From: Chrysomallon squamiferum
Lineage: Eukaryota; Animalia; Mollusca
Assembly (NCBI GenBank): GCA_012295275.1
Contig: CM022670.1
Coordinates: 13,702,001 to 13,766,000 of the forward strand
Reading direction: 5' to 3'
DNA: 64,000 nt
In this document: positions 1-15,096 of the stretch, piece by piece
How positions within the stretch are numbered: the first letter of the stretch is position 1
Layout: each line of letters starts with the position of its first letter
Notes under the pieces: model-generated
What the model was told of the DNA's origin: nothing
Seen by the model: only the letters and a program-made list of their open reading frames with translations
The model's database searches: none
Program-made: the position numbers and the translations under genes

Positions 1-103
1 TCTGAAGAACACAAAATATATGGACATTATTTATTAGCACCATTACATAAACTGGTTACTTTAAATAAAGAGTGTAAAGTAAGAATATTGGATTCAATTT
101 TAG

Positions 104-3100
104 GTCTTCTAGCTGATGACATGGGTTTAGGCAAGACAGTGACAATGATTACCTTGATTCTGACAAACTCTGCTGACAAAAAACCACTGGTGGAACTAAA
201 CTCAAACTGTCAAATGCTGCCAGTTCAAATAAAAGAAGAAGTAAGTACAGAAGATTATTCCACATTAATTTGGAACCCAGTACTGGGGAGCCTGGGGACT
301 GATAAGCCATTTTTAAGATATTGGCCATTTTGCCCAAACCTTGTTAGCTGTTGACTGAAAAACTGTTGATACTTAAGAAGGCATACTGTTCTTGATTACA
401 ATATAGAGTCTGATAGGTTGTTTTCAACAATATCGTTGTGGGAGACACTTATGTAATTGGACTTCATATTCCCCATTGTCATCTTTTGGTTGTGAAATTA
501 TACCTGTCTAGTGAACATTGCTCTTCATTAGCTCTGCTGAGAAGAGATCTCTGTCTGTCTTCCATTCTTTATTTCTATGCATTTTTTTTATATACCTGAT
601 ACAGCACTCTGGTCTATCCAGAAGAACAGTACTACCAGTAATTAATTATCTATCAAATAACATTGATTTTATAGCTTTATATTCCTCGGAAATGCAGTGG
701 GATCCAATGAGCCACCTACCCATGGGACCCCTTAAAAAATGGCTAATTTGTCCCCAAAACTACTTATTTTAGCCCAGTGTACCATATGTGTGATCGATTA
801 AAACTGCATTTAAAAAATAACTAATAAAAAAATCAAACCTTTACAGGATCTATGAAATATGTATTATCACCTCAAAATTAAATTGTAATCAAAACACAAA
901 ACAGTTACTCAAGATAATCAAAACCTACTTTTTGACTGATGTGTTCATGGATTGCTGCAAAGCTCTCTGAACAATATCGGGTGAGGGCGATATCTTATAG
1001 TAGCTGGATTGATGGTGGATATATGTCACTATCATTTTGCAATCAGAAGTTCATGGGGTGGCTCAAAGGTCCCTATAGCTCACAGGTCCCCAGTTTCCCT
1101 ACATAACAAAGGGAAATAGAAACAATAACATTTCCAAAAGAAATATTTGTTTTCTTTACTGCTGAACAGAAAAACTGCTAGCAAGTTCACAGAATTATTT
1201 TGCAGATAATTGGTTATAATGATAAAATTAAATGTACGTCTAGGATTTTAATCATTATGTGATGTAAACTCGCTTTTCTGAGTTGAGAGAAGTTTTTTAA
1301 AAAATGTGACAAGTTAACAGAGTATTGTACACTGCCCAGGAAGGATCATATACTGATACTGGCTGATGATAAATAATTTGTTTTCGTTAATGATAAATCC
1401 GGGGATATTTTAATCTCTACCTAACCATACAAAAGTGATTAAATATTCACTGGTAATTTGTTATTAAGAAAACTGTAAACTGTGATACAATATATCTCCT
1501 TTTGTTAACCTTATATAAATAAAACAGAAACAATGATGAGAATAAATAAATTTAGTTACCTTTACTAATAATAAAGTATCTTACATAGAAATAAAAAAAG
1601 TTTTACAGACAATTAGAAAAAGAACCACTAAAAGTCATTTATTCATTTTGTTTTGTATCTTATTTGTAAAGAAAATATCATCAGTCTATTGTTAGCACTC
1701 TGCTGTTCTTCTGTCTGTGTTAAGATGATATCATAAATCATTTTACAGTCAGTGTAAACATTACTTAATTTATTTTCAATTTAATTTTCAGAATCTTTTG
1801 GGTTTTGCTGAATATGGTGGTAACATGAAAATGGTTAATAATTTATCAGATGTTGACCCACATCCCTCAACAAGCAAGACACATGAAGATTGTGAAGTAA
1901 TTGTAATATCAGATTCTGATGAAGAAGAAGGTGGGTAGAATTTAGTTTTTTAGTAAAGTAAATGTTAAGTTAGAAATTAAAATTCAGTAATGTTATAAGT
2001 AATTAAAATTCAGTAACGTTATAATTAATTAATAATTATAATTTATAATTTATTAATTGTAATATCAGATTCTGACCAAGAAGAAGCTGGTAGAATTTAC
2101 TTTTTATTTAAGCAACTGTAAAATTGAAAATTAAAATTTAGTAATGTTATAATTACTTACAAAGGTAGGTTACCATGGAAATTAATCTAAAGCATACTGC
2201 TACATTTACATTTAAATATAACATTTAGCGTGGTAAATATAATAACTAGTTGTGTCAAGAATAAAATCAGAGTTTGTTTTTATTTTCTTTTCTCTGCAGT
2301 TGCATATGTCCAGAAAATATTATTTTTTTAATCTGAATTTACTTTGGGTTTTTTAGAGACAGATAATGATAACAGAGATAGACAAGATGATGTGCCCAGC
2401 ACTCCCAAAACATTTTCATTGACAGCAAAGTAAATTTTTATTTTTTATTACTTTAAAAAAAAAAAAAAAATTTTAAATCTTTAAAAATACAACCAGTATT
2501 ATTTCATGAAGCATAAATCATCAACAATGCATATCACTATCAGTCATCCATTTCTCTCAAAATATAGTGATTGACCAAAAAATTCGTGATTCTACTTTGA
2601 TTAATGGTGATATGTATTTTTTTTAAAAGAATATAATAATTTAGCGAAGTTGATTCCTGATAAAATGAACTTTGCTATATACTATCACACTCATGTACTT
2701 CAGTTGTTGTAATTTGTAAATGCAAGCATTGTATAATCAAAATGCAAGCTTTGTATAATTAAATAATTATATATTACACAATATATAATGCATTAGTCTG
2801 TAGAATATATGACTTAGGTTTTAGCTTTATTTTAGCTTTTGTATTATCAGCTTGACTCAGGTCAGTTTTGTAGTTACCAGGTTGCCATCTTGTCTGGTTA
2901 GCTAGATTGAGAGTTGTCCGATTAGACAATAAGCTAGTTGTCTGATTAGTTGGTTGGCCATTTGTTTGGTAAGCTTCTTTACTATTCATTTGTCTGACTT
3001 TCTGCTTAGTGGTTGGTAGTTATTTGCTTAGCTGATTAGCTGTTTTTTCTTGTTATATCACTTGTTGTCTGCTTGTTCTGTTGACTTCAATATATATCTC

Positions 3101-3704
3101 AATTAGTTGAAATTACTATGATATATGTTTTATTAATGTTTATGTGGAAATTTAGCAGTATTTTAATATAATAATTTTATGTGACAGATCAAGCAGAAAA
3201 CGTCGGTTGTCCAGTATCAGTGATATGGATGATACAGATGATGACACAGATGATGACACAGATGATGACACTTATAGACAGAAAAGTGAGTGACAGCTCT
3301 CATAATATTGTGAATACTTATTGATATGTTGTTTATTGATATTAGAAAATGAAGAAAAATATAATATGGATTCAAGTTTCTTTTTACAACTGAAGTCTGG
3401 CAGTTTCAATATATAAAAAATGTTTATAAAAATGTGAAAACATGTTTATGTTTTAGGTGAATATATAGATCTCTCACACACACACACATACAGTCTCCCA
3501 TCACCATACATTCATACATTACAACTTATTTAAATACATACAGACACAAATACATATTCATCAGATATATATACACACATCTCTTATTTTAGGATAATTC
3601 TAGAAAATATTATTTAAAAGAAAAGTGATTATGTTCTTTTTTGTTTAACTGTGAATTTAACAATGAAAAATATTAAGTATATTAACCCCACTAAATTGAA
3701 TATA

Positions 3705-3742
<38 letters not shown>

Positions 3743-4318
3743 AGTAGTAGTATTTTTGTTTTTGTTTTTATTATGTTAATAGATCATTTTCAAAACTCTT
3801 CTGCCAGAGGCAAAAGTGAAATGAAAAGAATCTGCATAAATCTTTTTCCAGAAAAATCAGAAGTAAGATTTTAAACTTTAACTGAGAGATGCATAAGTAT
3901 CAGAATGGCTGAACATATAATGTGAAAAATATTCTATTATTTAAAGCAGACAGTTTCTAATAACATTTTCACACTTATCTGTGCTGATGTGGCAGTGGAG
4001 TGCTCAGATAAAAATAGAGGAAAACAGCAAGGAATCTTTTGCTTGCACATTATATTACATGCCAAGGTCTTTGTTACACCTTAAGATTTAAACAGTTAGT
4101 ATTTAATTTTAATAAATTATAGAAGTGTGTTTGATTTTAAATTTCAATTTTTTATGTCTAATGTATTTCAGATCAGGTCATTTGAGAGAGATAGTGAAGA
4201 TTCTGATTATCTCCCTTCTCTTAGCAATTCACCAATGTCAAACCAAATATGTGACAGTGACAGCTGCAGTAAGTAACTGACAAAGAGAAAACAAATTAAA
4301 AATAAGCATTAAGAAAGG

Positions 4319-4367
<49 letters not shown>

Positions 4368-4797
4368 GCTATTTACCCCTGTCTACAAGAGATACTAATC
4401 AGAAAGTATAATTTATTTTATTTTCCAGTTATTTATATATTCATTAAAAATAAAATAAAAGCATGTTAAGTAAATATTAAATATTTATCATACATCTCAA
4501 ACTGCTCATCTTAATATATTTAGGTGATGATTATACTCACTATTGCAACCCAGTGGAAAATGATGATTTACCATCACCTGAACCAGTAACAAATGGTGAT
4601 TTACCATCACCTGAACCAGTAACAAATGGTGATTTACCATCACTGGAACCAGTGAACGACAGTGATGAACTTCTGTCAAATGAAGAAGATGCAGTGACAA
4701 GAAGTGAAGGTAGGTAGTAACTGGACATTAGTTATTTATTTTTGTTTTAATTTCTCTTTGAATATTTCCTCTAACACTGATAAAATAACAATACAAT

Positions 4798-4835
<38 letters not shown>

Positions 4836-5661
4836 GAATTATTTATTTATGTATTTATATTTTTATTTAGTGAAATTGTTAATTTATATATTGTTATTTC
4901 ATTGGCTCTTTTCTTACCTTTCTTACTACTACCACTACTAGTAAAATTAGTACTACGACAAAAACTACTACTACTGCTGTTGCTACTAAAACTATTAATA
5001 ATGTTGTTATTAATTACTTAATTTATTTTTATAATAAATAATTCTTTTTCTTTCATTACTAATTTTTATGGATTTCAGTTTTATTATTCTTTAGTGTTTT
5101 ATATTTTATTTCAATTGGAATGTAGAAGAAGATGAATTTGATTCCTTGAGAGCAAATGCAACTCTTATAATTTGTCCACTTTCTGTGATGGATATCTGGA
5201 AGGTGATATATTTCCTCCTTTAATTTAGTTTCATTTTACATATAAGCATTTCTCTAGTCAAAGATGTGATTTAGATAAAGCACTTTGATGATTAAGTCAA
5301 GGATTAAGTCACAAAACCAGCACTGAAAAAAACATCATGCAGTTACAATTGTGTCTGTATTTTTTTTTTTTTTTTTTTTATCTGGAATAGTTTACAGTAA
5401 TTAGACCTTCATATTTCAATCAAATTATAATATATTTGTTATTAATACAGTCTGTTGTGCTTGCTGTGTATCATCTCTGCATTTGGCGATATGTAAATTT
5501 TGTCAAAATTAGATCATATGTCATCACTGTCCTAAAAAAACCTGAACATCATAAATATCATACAATGCATTGTATTGAAATAATTTATCTTTCCTATTTC
5601 CTTTTTATTATTATTTTTTTTTTTTTCATTGTTTGTAATAAATGTCTGAAAACCTTTAAGG

Positions 5662-5702
<41 letters not shown>

Positions 5703-6648
5703 AAACATACACAAATATAAGAAAAAACATATATAACAAATGTCCATCTTCGTTTGACCATCTGTGTTAATTAACTATTATAGTAAATTTTAATCTTTGA
5801 CTGAAACAATTGGATAACCCTGCTTTGATAGTTTAGAAATTTGTTCTTTTGATAGATGCAGATAGAGGAACATGTTCATCCTGATGTCCATCTTAATGTT
5901 TACACATACCATGGAAAAATGCGTTCGAGTGAAATTCTTGCAAACCAAGATATAGTTTTTACAACATATGGTACAGTGACATCTGATTTCAAGAGAAGAA
6001 GTGTATGGGACTCTTTTTTTTGTGATATCTCTGATAATATTTCTTTATTTATATTTTGTTTTTATTTTTTATTTGTTTCTTTATTTATTTATTTGTATTT
6101 TTCTTTATTTCTTTGTGTTTTTGTTTGCCTAGTTTTCCTTTATTGAAAATGACATGTTCAAAATATATAAGCACTAGTTTTGCATATATTAAATTTTATT
6201 TTATGTGTTATTTACTTACCTATTCAATATATTACACTATATGTAATGCTTGTTTTCCCATGAAGCCAAAACAAAGCTAAGATGTCAGACATATATCTAA
6301 CTACATGTACATCTCTAAACTCTAAGCATACAGTATTTACGTATAAAACTAAACATGTCGCATACCAAACTTAAAAACTGGGTTTGTTCTCATACATCAT
6401 AGCAGCAGCTGCAAAGAAGCCCAAATGGCAATGTCCATGAAAGTGTGAGATGGCAATAGTTCAGTGTCACAAAGTTGTATCAGGAGAGATTGTCTGCAGT
6501 TACTTTTGCATTACTAATAAGCAATGGATGTATTTGGACACAGTGCAGTGAGTCAGTATAGGAAAATTTAAACTGGCATCAGTCATGTCTGAAACACCCG
6601 AGCTGCAGTCTATAAAACACACACACACACATATACACAAATGAACTG

Positions 6649-6711
<63 letters not shown>

Positions 6712-9700
6712 AAACATACACACTCATACACACACACACACACACACACAGAAAAAAAAGTATGATCCTAATCAATAAAATGTTTTTGTTTTTATAGCAG
6801 AAAAATCATACAATACTTGATGTCCCTTGGCTGCGTGTTATTCTTGATGAAGGTCACTTGATTAGAAATTCCTCCACTAATAGGGCAAAGGCAGTTAAAG
6901 AGCTGAAAGCAGAGAGAAAGTGGATTCTGACAGGTACCAGCAACAGATTCTTTGGTTTATATACCATAATAATAGATTAATGAACAAATGAATAAACTAA
7001 TCAAATGAAAGACATTTTATTATTATTACTAACAGTTGGCACCAAAAATTGTGGTTATTGTAAAGAAAGATTGAAAAAAACTGAAATGCTGTTTACATTC
7101 AATGGATTACTCCAACTGACTGGCTGTCTGTTGTAACATAAAATTATAACATTATAACATAAAATCACTAATATATTCTGTTCTATGTATATAAACAAAA
7201 CATGGGGTTAGCACTCAGGACCTGTTTGAAGGTACAGTGTGTTCTAGGTAACACTGAGACGTGGCAAATAAATGAATATCAAATATATAGACAGTGACAC
7301 TGAAAACACTTCAAATTTGATAGTTATTATATGTCCAACATAATCATAACAATGATGAATATGAACACAGATGCACACATATGCATACACACATAAACAC
7401 AAACACAAACACAAACACACACTCACAACCAAATAACATACATACACACGTAACTGTTTTTATTTTAAGTAGTGCTGTGCTTTTTTTCTATCCAGGCACA
7501 CCCATTCAGAACTCCATTCATGACTTGGGATCTCTAGTGAGTTTTCTAAACATTCCACACTTGACAAATTCTGTGTTGTGGAGAGATGCTATAGCAACAC
7601 CAATTGAAAGGGGAGACACATCTGCACTTAAGTAGGTGACCATCCAGTACACTAACTATTCCAGTGAAACAGGAAGGGATGTTCAATTAAATGACAGTTT
7701 CTTTTTTATCTTTTTTGTAAAGTCAAAACAGATAACGATAATATTTCTAATATCAATCTGTTATATTTTCAGTAACAAAATTTATGTTTCAAATTTAAAA
7801 TATATATCTTGTTTTTATAACATTTAATCAATATTTATTTGGAAGTACTATTACTGTTATTTTATTTTATTCTTATAGATGCATACATATATATGCTTTA
7901 TTTTGAAGTGTTGTTATTATTTTTAAAGTTATGATGAAATTGTTTGCCTGTCTGTCCTCTATAGACATGTACAACACTTACTGGCCAACATAGCAATGAG
8001 AAGAACAAAAAATCCAGAAGGTGGATGGCAAACCACTGGTTCAGCTTCCTAACAAGACAGAAATCACAGAAAGAATAAAGTTCTCAGAAGAGGAGAGAAA
8101 TATCTATGATCGCATATTCACAGAAGGAAGAGAGATGATCAGACAGTTTAGTAATGTGTAATATAAAACAAAAGATAAAATAAGTTCTGAAAACCTATTT
8201 AAATGTTATTTCTAATGTGCTTTAGACATAATTAGCAGATTTAATTTTTGCTAATTTTCAATAATTATTCACTTTTAAAGTTGTTGAATAATAAAAAAAA
8301 TAAAAATTATTTGTTTTATGTCTATGTTATTTTATTAATGTTTTGTCTTGTTAAAAGTATATATTTTATCTTCTTTCTTTTTAATTTTTTTTAAAGGCAT
8401 TTTGAAGACAATACTGTGCTGCCTAATTATACTGACATGTTTCTTGTCCTACTACGCCTTCGTCAGATGTGCTGTCATGTTTGGCTGATTGCTGAACTAA
8501 AGCATTTAACACAAGGTAAAAAAGTTCAATACCAAAAGCTGCGATGCAGACACATTTTAAATAAGTGGTATTTGTTATTCGTTATTCTTTTTAAAAATTC
8601 AACTGAAACATTCAACACAAGGTAAAAAAGTACAGTACCCACAGCTTGAAGGCAGACACATTTTAAAAAAGTGATTATTTGGTACTGGTCATCCTTTTTT
8701 AAATTCTGTAAAAGTTTTACAATGTGTAAATTATTAATGCCGTTATACGTATCTGTAAGTGTTTGTGTGCATTTGTATATGTCTCTGTCTGTTCATCCAT
8801 TCTTCAGTCCATGTACTTGTAGGCCTGTAATGTTTGTATATGTTATATAATAAGCAGATGGACCAAATGATAGTGAAGATGAAAAAACAAGAAGAAAAGC
8901 AATAGCTATCCTGAAATCGGGATCTGATAAAGAATGTTCAATTTGTTTGGATAGAATTAACTCCCCTGTTGTCACACGTTGTACCCATATCTTCTGTCGG
9001 AAATGTATCCAAGATGTCATTGACAGAGAAAAGGTCTGTTACTGTAATAAAAACATTTGTTGTTTTTCTTCTAATATTTTATAACACTAGTGTATAATAA
9101 CTAATTTAAAGTGTGATAAAATATCCTTTCATTCCTGTATTTTTCACCTACTCCTTTCTATATATATATATTATTTAAAATCTTAAATACCTTATCGTAG
9201 ATAATATAGATATTGAAATAAATTTAGGACACACTTCATTGAAGGATCAGTTAAATAAGTTTATGGACAATTAAATCTTCTTCTCAGTTATTTATTGTTC
9301 ATTACCATCCAGTCTGAATGACGTTTTGCTATTCATGTACGTTTTAAAGCACATAGTTACTGTTTGCAGCCCAATGCAACATGTCCACTGTGTAGAAAAG
9401 ATTTAAGTCAGGATGATTTAATTGAGGTCACCCTGGATGATGATGAAACACCCTTTGTCATTCCAGACAACTGGAAATCAAGTGCCAAGGTATTTCAGAT
9501 ATTTCTAGACAATCTCATTCTTAGTAAATATTCTAGATAATAATTTTTTTGTTTTAGATTATTTTAAAATCCAGTAATCAAGAATGTTATTTGCACACCA
9601 GATGTTCCAAGCTAGAGATCTGTAATAGATTATATACAAACAAAATATGTTAATATGTTAATATATACAGTTATCCATTTACACAAAATATTTTAGACAT

Positions 9701-10365
9701 TCTGCAACTGTAAAAAATGAGTAACTATGATATTCTAGACACCAGCTATGATAATTTAGACACTGACTATAGTATTGTACATTTTGACGGTTGTTTACCC
9801 ACTTTCAAACAATGTAAAATTGGAACGCCCGCCAAATTTAATCTTAAATGATATGTATTAACATTTTAAATAAAAGTTGAATTAATTATTAAAATATTAA
9901 CTACTCTAACACTGAACAGAGAAAAAAGAGAAACAGAACTCCTTATATACGAATATCCATTTACTTGTGCATTACACATACACATTATAAAACATAAAAA
10001 AAAAACTAAGCATACAACATCAGAAAAGATATTGTTGTCCAGTCAAAAGCCCACGATTTGCTCCAGTGAAACTTGGCCAAAGTGCCCACTATAGCCAGTG
10101 TCTATCGTAGTGTCTGTCTGTACAGTTGTTTAAAATATAATATTCTAGACAATAAACAGATTTTCTAGACAAAGTCTACAATATTCTAACTTTCTTGAGT
10201 AAAATTCTAAGAATCTACAAGTCTGATTTTCTGTGCTAAGTATGCGGTGCTAATATATATTCTAATACAATAAATATTTCTGTGCCTTTAGTGGCTCCTG
10301 TTTTTGACTTCCCCATTATCATTCACAGTATGTTGAATTATAAGACAATCAGCAATATACAATTC

Positions 10366-10451
<86 letters not shown>

Positions 10452-12990
10452 ATTGAGGATGCTGTTTACTTCTGCTATAGTTTATTATTCTTTTGGCTTT
10501 ATGCGGCAAGACCAACAGGTTCTGAAGAATTGTCATATTGGGTGCATTTCATTATCAGAAACCTACAGCAATACATTCCAAATATAAATATAATTAGCAA
10601 GGATACACGTCTTGTTCTTTAAAGCCTAGTTTAAAATAATAGTAAATATCTTTCAGATTGATGCTTTAATGAAATCGCTGATCAAACTGCGAGAGGAAGA
10701 TTCCAAAATAAAAAGTGTGGTTGTCTCTCAATTCACCAAATTTCTTGATCTCATAGAAATACCTTTACGGTAAAATATTACTTTTACTAATATTAAATCT
10801 ACCACTACAACTACTACTAGTATTAGTACTATTATTGCTGATAACAACAACAGTAACAATAATAACAATATAATAATCACAACAAGCAGTAATTTCAATA
10901 ATTATAATTTTTATTTTAGTTTGTTTTACATGTAAAGGAACGTTTCAATGATATGGCTACAGGTCACACATTCTTGCACAAAAGGTAGAAAAATTAGTGC
11001 TTGTATATAAATATTATATTTCATAATCATAATGATGCAGTCATATTCTTCCATTTTGGGAGAACAATCTCAGTATGATGCTTCCACATCTTTCTGTCTT
11101 GCACTATCCTCTGCCAAGTGTTTCCTATTGAGTATACATCCAATCTAATCGTCCACTGGCTTCCTCTAAAATCATTTGCATTTATAGGCTTTCCACTTGG
11201 TGATATACACTGACCATTGCTTTTCTTGTATTCTGTTAATGTTCCCTGACAAAGTCAACTTCCATCTTTTAACCTGATCACATCCATCACCTTTGTTTTC
11301 TTTCTTACCCAGATGCTTGCTTACTGGTCCTGATATTTAAAGTTTAACATACTTTTTTGTGTTTATTTCAGACACAATGGTTTTAAGTTTGAACGCCTTG
11401 ATGGTAAAATGTCACCACCAGCTCGAACAAAAGCCATCCAGACTTTCATGGACAAATCTCCTGATTCACCAACCATTTTCCTTTTGTCCTTGACAGCTGG
11501 AGGACTTGGCCTCAGTCTGACAGCAGCTTCCAGAATGTTTGTAATGGAACCAGTGAGTTCAAGTTCAGAAATTACATTTTTATTTCATAAATACTTTTTT
11601 CACATATAATCACCAACTTTTCAGTGCACAGTAACTATCTGTAGTTTTAATAGCTGATAGGTTTAGTGTATAAATCAAAAAGTTAGCATGGACCAACGCT
11701 TACCAAAAGTGTTTACATTTTATTTTAATGATTTTTAATTAGAATAATTAGATAGGATTATTAAGTTCAAAAAAGATTCAAGCTCCAAAGCCAACTAATT
11801 CATTAGAAATGCATTTCTCAGTCTAGCCTGTGCTTTTCATTTAACATTTTTACCTGCAGGCTTGGAATCCTGCTGTTGAAAATCAGTGCTATGACAGAAT
11901 ATATAGAATTGGGCAGAAAAATGACGTCATCATTACAAAGGTTAGTGAGAAGCTATTGTTTGATGATGTCTGTCTGATGCAGTATTTAAGAATGAATATT
12001 TCATCAGACAGAGCAAAGATGTCGGCATAAATTCAAATTAAAAACACACAGATATTTTAGTTTAGATTTCATATTTTTTGTCTGATTTTTTTTAAAGTAG
12101 GATACATGAGTTTAGTTTATTTTTTATTATGTTACAGTGCTAGCCTGGAGAAAATGTTCTAATATTTGTAAACCATACATAACATCTCTCTGTTTTTATC
12201 AAATAAAGAAGTATACCTAAACCTTCTAAAGTTTTTGTTTTATCATAAACAATAAACACTCGCTACATATCATTTAATGTCATTCACAAGAAACATTTCA
12301 TTCCACTGTTGTCTCTTGAACAGTTAATTCATTCAAATGATTGATCCTGGTTTTACTGGTTCATTGTTAGAACAGTAACAGTGATCGTTTATAGTTAAAC
12401 ATTTGTTTTTATACTTCCAAGGTTCACTGGATGACCAAGTCGTTGTAATTCTTGTTTTGAGAGTAAAGATTAATAAATTGTGTCAGTAATGTAAGATGAT
12501 TGCTAGAATTTCCCTTCACTCTTGGTTTACTCACTTTCGTGTCTTATAGAGAAATGAAGAAAAAAAAAAGATAGTAATAAATCAATTTAAAAAAAAATCA
12601 TTTAAATTGCATAAACAGATCAATATATAAATTCTGTATGGTCGGAATAAGTTAAGAGAGAATACGTCATAAGCAAAGTTGATATATCTGCCTACGAATT
12701 GACTTTTTGTTTTGTTTTATCTAAGCTGGAGTAAAATCTGGTGTGCTATAGCAAAAAAAAAGTTTAAAATATATTTTTAATACAATTCTGTACAATTTCA
12801 CTACAATTCATTGACTTTGATTTATTTTGTTAATTATATATATTTTTTTTATTTCCAGTTTATAGTTGAGGACTCTGTTGAGGAGAGGATGTGTGCGCTT
12901 CAGGAAAAGAAACGTAAGCTGATGAAGGGAATTTTCAAAATGCAGAGAAATGAAGGAAGAAGATTCATCAGATCTATCCTTAACTTGTAA
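104..12990 (+). CDS. HLTF: HLTF/RAD5-like SNF2 translocase-RING E3 ligase, copy 1 (5' part outside window; one +1 frameshift)
   Basis: Phase-consistent GT/AG exons: 104-240 (GLLADDMGLGKT, motif I), 1792-1930, 2357-2429, 3188-3285, 3783-3862, 4172-4268, 4524-4709 (acidic linker), 5126-5202 (TLIICPLSV, Ia), 5856-6002, 6798-6933 (WLRVILDEGH, II), 7496-7631 (GTPIQNS, III), 7965-8145, 8397-8515 (LRLRQMCCH), 8858-9033 + 9370-9489 (RING), 10657-10769 (VVVSQFT, IV), 11372-11552 (V), 11860-11940 (AWNP..QCYDRIYRIGQ, VI), 12859-12990 (TAA). An extra C at 8014/8015 relative to copies 2 and 3 gives TAA at 8050-8052 (real lesion or assembly error). Confidence 0.9.
283..1102. mobile_element. MITE-like insertion with imperfect TIRs in copy 1 intron
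   Basis: Left GGGGAGCCTGGGGACTGATAAGC, right GCTCACAGGTCCCCAGTTTCCCT (inverted); absent at the same site in copy 2 (~21400). Confidence 0.55.
8858..9489 (+). CDS. HLTF: C3HC4 RING exons of copy 1 (equivalents 32932-33646 and 55357-56074)
   Basis: SGSDKECSICLDRINSPVVTRCTHIFCRKCIQDVIDREK|PNATCPLCRKDL, closely matching the HLTF RING (SGSDEECAICLD...CAHVFC..C...CPLCR) inserted between the two RecA lobes. Confidence 0.9.
11030..11290 (-). mobile_element. RTE-type LINE 3' fragment (intronic, antisense)
   Basis: Minus strand reads ...WQRIVQDRKMWKHHTE..., resembling the RTE ORF C-terminus (W..IAQDR..W....EAF.Q); degenerate with stops. Confidence 0.55.
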
Positions 12991-13347
12991 TTTGCAGAGT
13001 CAGAGGCATTGTTATTTTGTAAATCACAGAATCAGAAACATATTAACCCATGTGATATGAAAGAATAATAATGAAAATATAATGATGTGTGAAAAGTGAA
13101 TATAAACAAGTACAAAATGAAACAAATAAATAAATAAATTAGTTTATTATTTTCAGAACATTTCAAGAACTCCGTCTAGTTTTAATTATTTATTTGATTA
13201 CAACCTAATCTTGGTTTCCATTTCGTTTTGTGCATATATAAATATACACTTACAGTTTGCATATATGAAAGCATTTTGTATGTAAATATGCATTAATATA
13301 TGGTTCTATGTCAATTATGTGTGTAAGTATATGAGTCTGTATATATA

Positions 13348-13393
<46 letters not shown>

Positions 13394-15024
13394 TGGTGTT
13401 TGTGTGTGTTGGTGGGTGTATATTTGTATGTTAGTGAACATACAAAACTACACGTATATTCATCTTTCCAAAAACAACACAGAGATCTTCCAAATGGACA
13501 CACTGTGAACAATTGAAAACAAAATTAAATAGAAATATATGTAACTATAAATATCATCATTTCCAACTGTTATATGAACCATATCCATTTTTCAAATATC
13601 TACCAATCATTTATTATATATTTATATCCAACAAATGTATTTAGAAACTGGCTCGGTGACACAATTCCAACATATACAAATATTTCAACATGGTATACGT
13701 GTCTTACTTTTTTATAACTTCAGCCATAAAGTGGCTCATCACCTGAGCTTGTTCACTAGGTGGTCCAGGTCGAAAATAAGGTGAACATAGCGGAGACAAT
13801 TCTACATTTGGCACTGAAAGTGAAAAAACTAGGGTTGTCAAACATCAACCTTTCTTAAGGCACATATTTCAGGAAATCTAAATGGAAAAAAAAAAAAAAA
13901 AATATTAAATCACTGAAGTTGTTGTATAATTAATATTTATCAAAGATAATGCTATTTAAAAGACATTCTTTTACATCTTTTGTTTCAAGAGAGAAAAAAT
14001 ATTAAAGACAAATAATTTAAAAATTAAATTTTTTTTTTTTCCCAAGTCACGTTTTTTTTTTTAAATTACTATAAATTCAGTTTAAATTTAATATAAATTA
14101 AAAACAAAAATTGAAAATTATGTGTAAATCTGTAAGTATTAAATAGTTTCATTTTGCCAACAAATCCCTTTTGTGGTTCTTCAGGCTTACGATTAGCTAA
14201 TTCCTGTAAAAGATAATTAATACTACTACTACTACTACTGCTACTACTACTGCTACTACTACTACTAATAATAATAATTTGGAAGTAGGTAGTCATTTAA
14301 ACAATTTTTAGTACCCATTACATGTTCTTTTTAAGCAGGACGATATTAACAGAGGATGGAATCTTTTGGATAAATATATATATTAACTGAAATGTCTGCC
14401 ATTTTATTAACATTTCAGAATATATACGTGTATATTTATATTTTGTTTGGGTTATTTTATTTTATTTTTTATTTTATTTCATATTTTATTTCATTTGTTT
14501 TTATCTTCTATTGACAGCAGATTTTACTTTTTATTTAAACATTGTGAGAAATCATTTACACTCGTATTAAAAAGGTATGTTAATAAACTGTTATCCAGTT
14601 TTTATGGATTTTTGTATTATTTGATTATTTTTGTCAATAAATCTATGTGATTAGTTGATATAAATTTGTTTTGTTATATATACACATTAAATTTATTATT
14701 CTAGAACTATGTGATATTCTTAGTTAAAGAAAGTTTAGTAAAAAAATAATAATAATAAAATAAATTATTATTAATGTATTTCAATTTCTCATCAAAATAA
14801 ATGCATGATTCATATTTTATTCAAACCTAAATTTATTTCTCTATTGTTTTGGTCGTTTTTCAAAAGCCGAATAAACCTGTACTGTATATTCAAGACTATC
14901 TTTGAAAATATGGGTTACAAACATCCAGAATAACTAGTCTACTTCCATAAAGTATTATATTATTATAAATTCTAATTATTTATGACGAATGATAATTACC
15001 AAAACAAACTTGCAACGCACATCA

Positions 15025-15026
<2 letters not shown>

Positions 15027-15089
<63 letters not shown>
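15027..15089. repeat. (AG)n microsatellite (one of many CA, TA, GA, AAT tracts in the window)
   Basis: Visible; others e.g. 4321-4364, 6652-6707, 10369-10447, 16121-16202, 60180-60234, 62222-62274. Confidence 0.95.

Positions 15090-15096
<7 letters not shown>

Noticed and set aside
6380-6610. Intronic block conserved in all three copies as ncRNA or extra exon
   Set aside because: Similarity explained by recent duplication; no snoRNA boxes or phase-compatible exon found.
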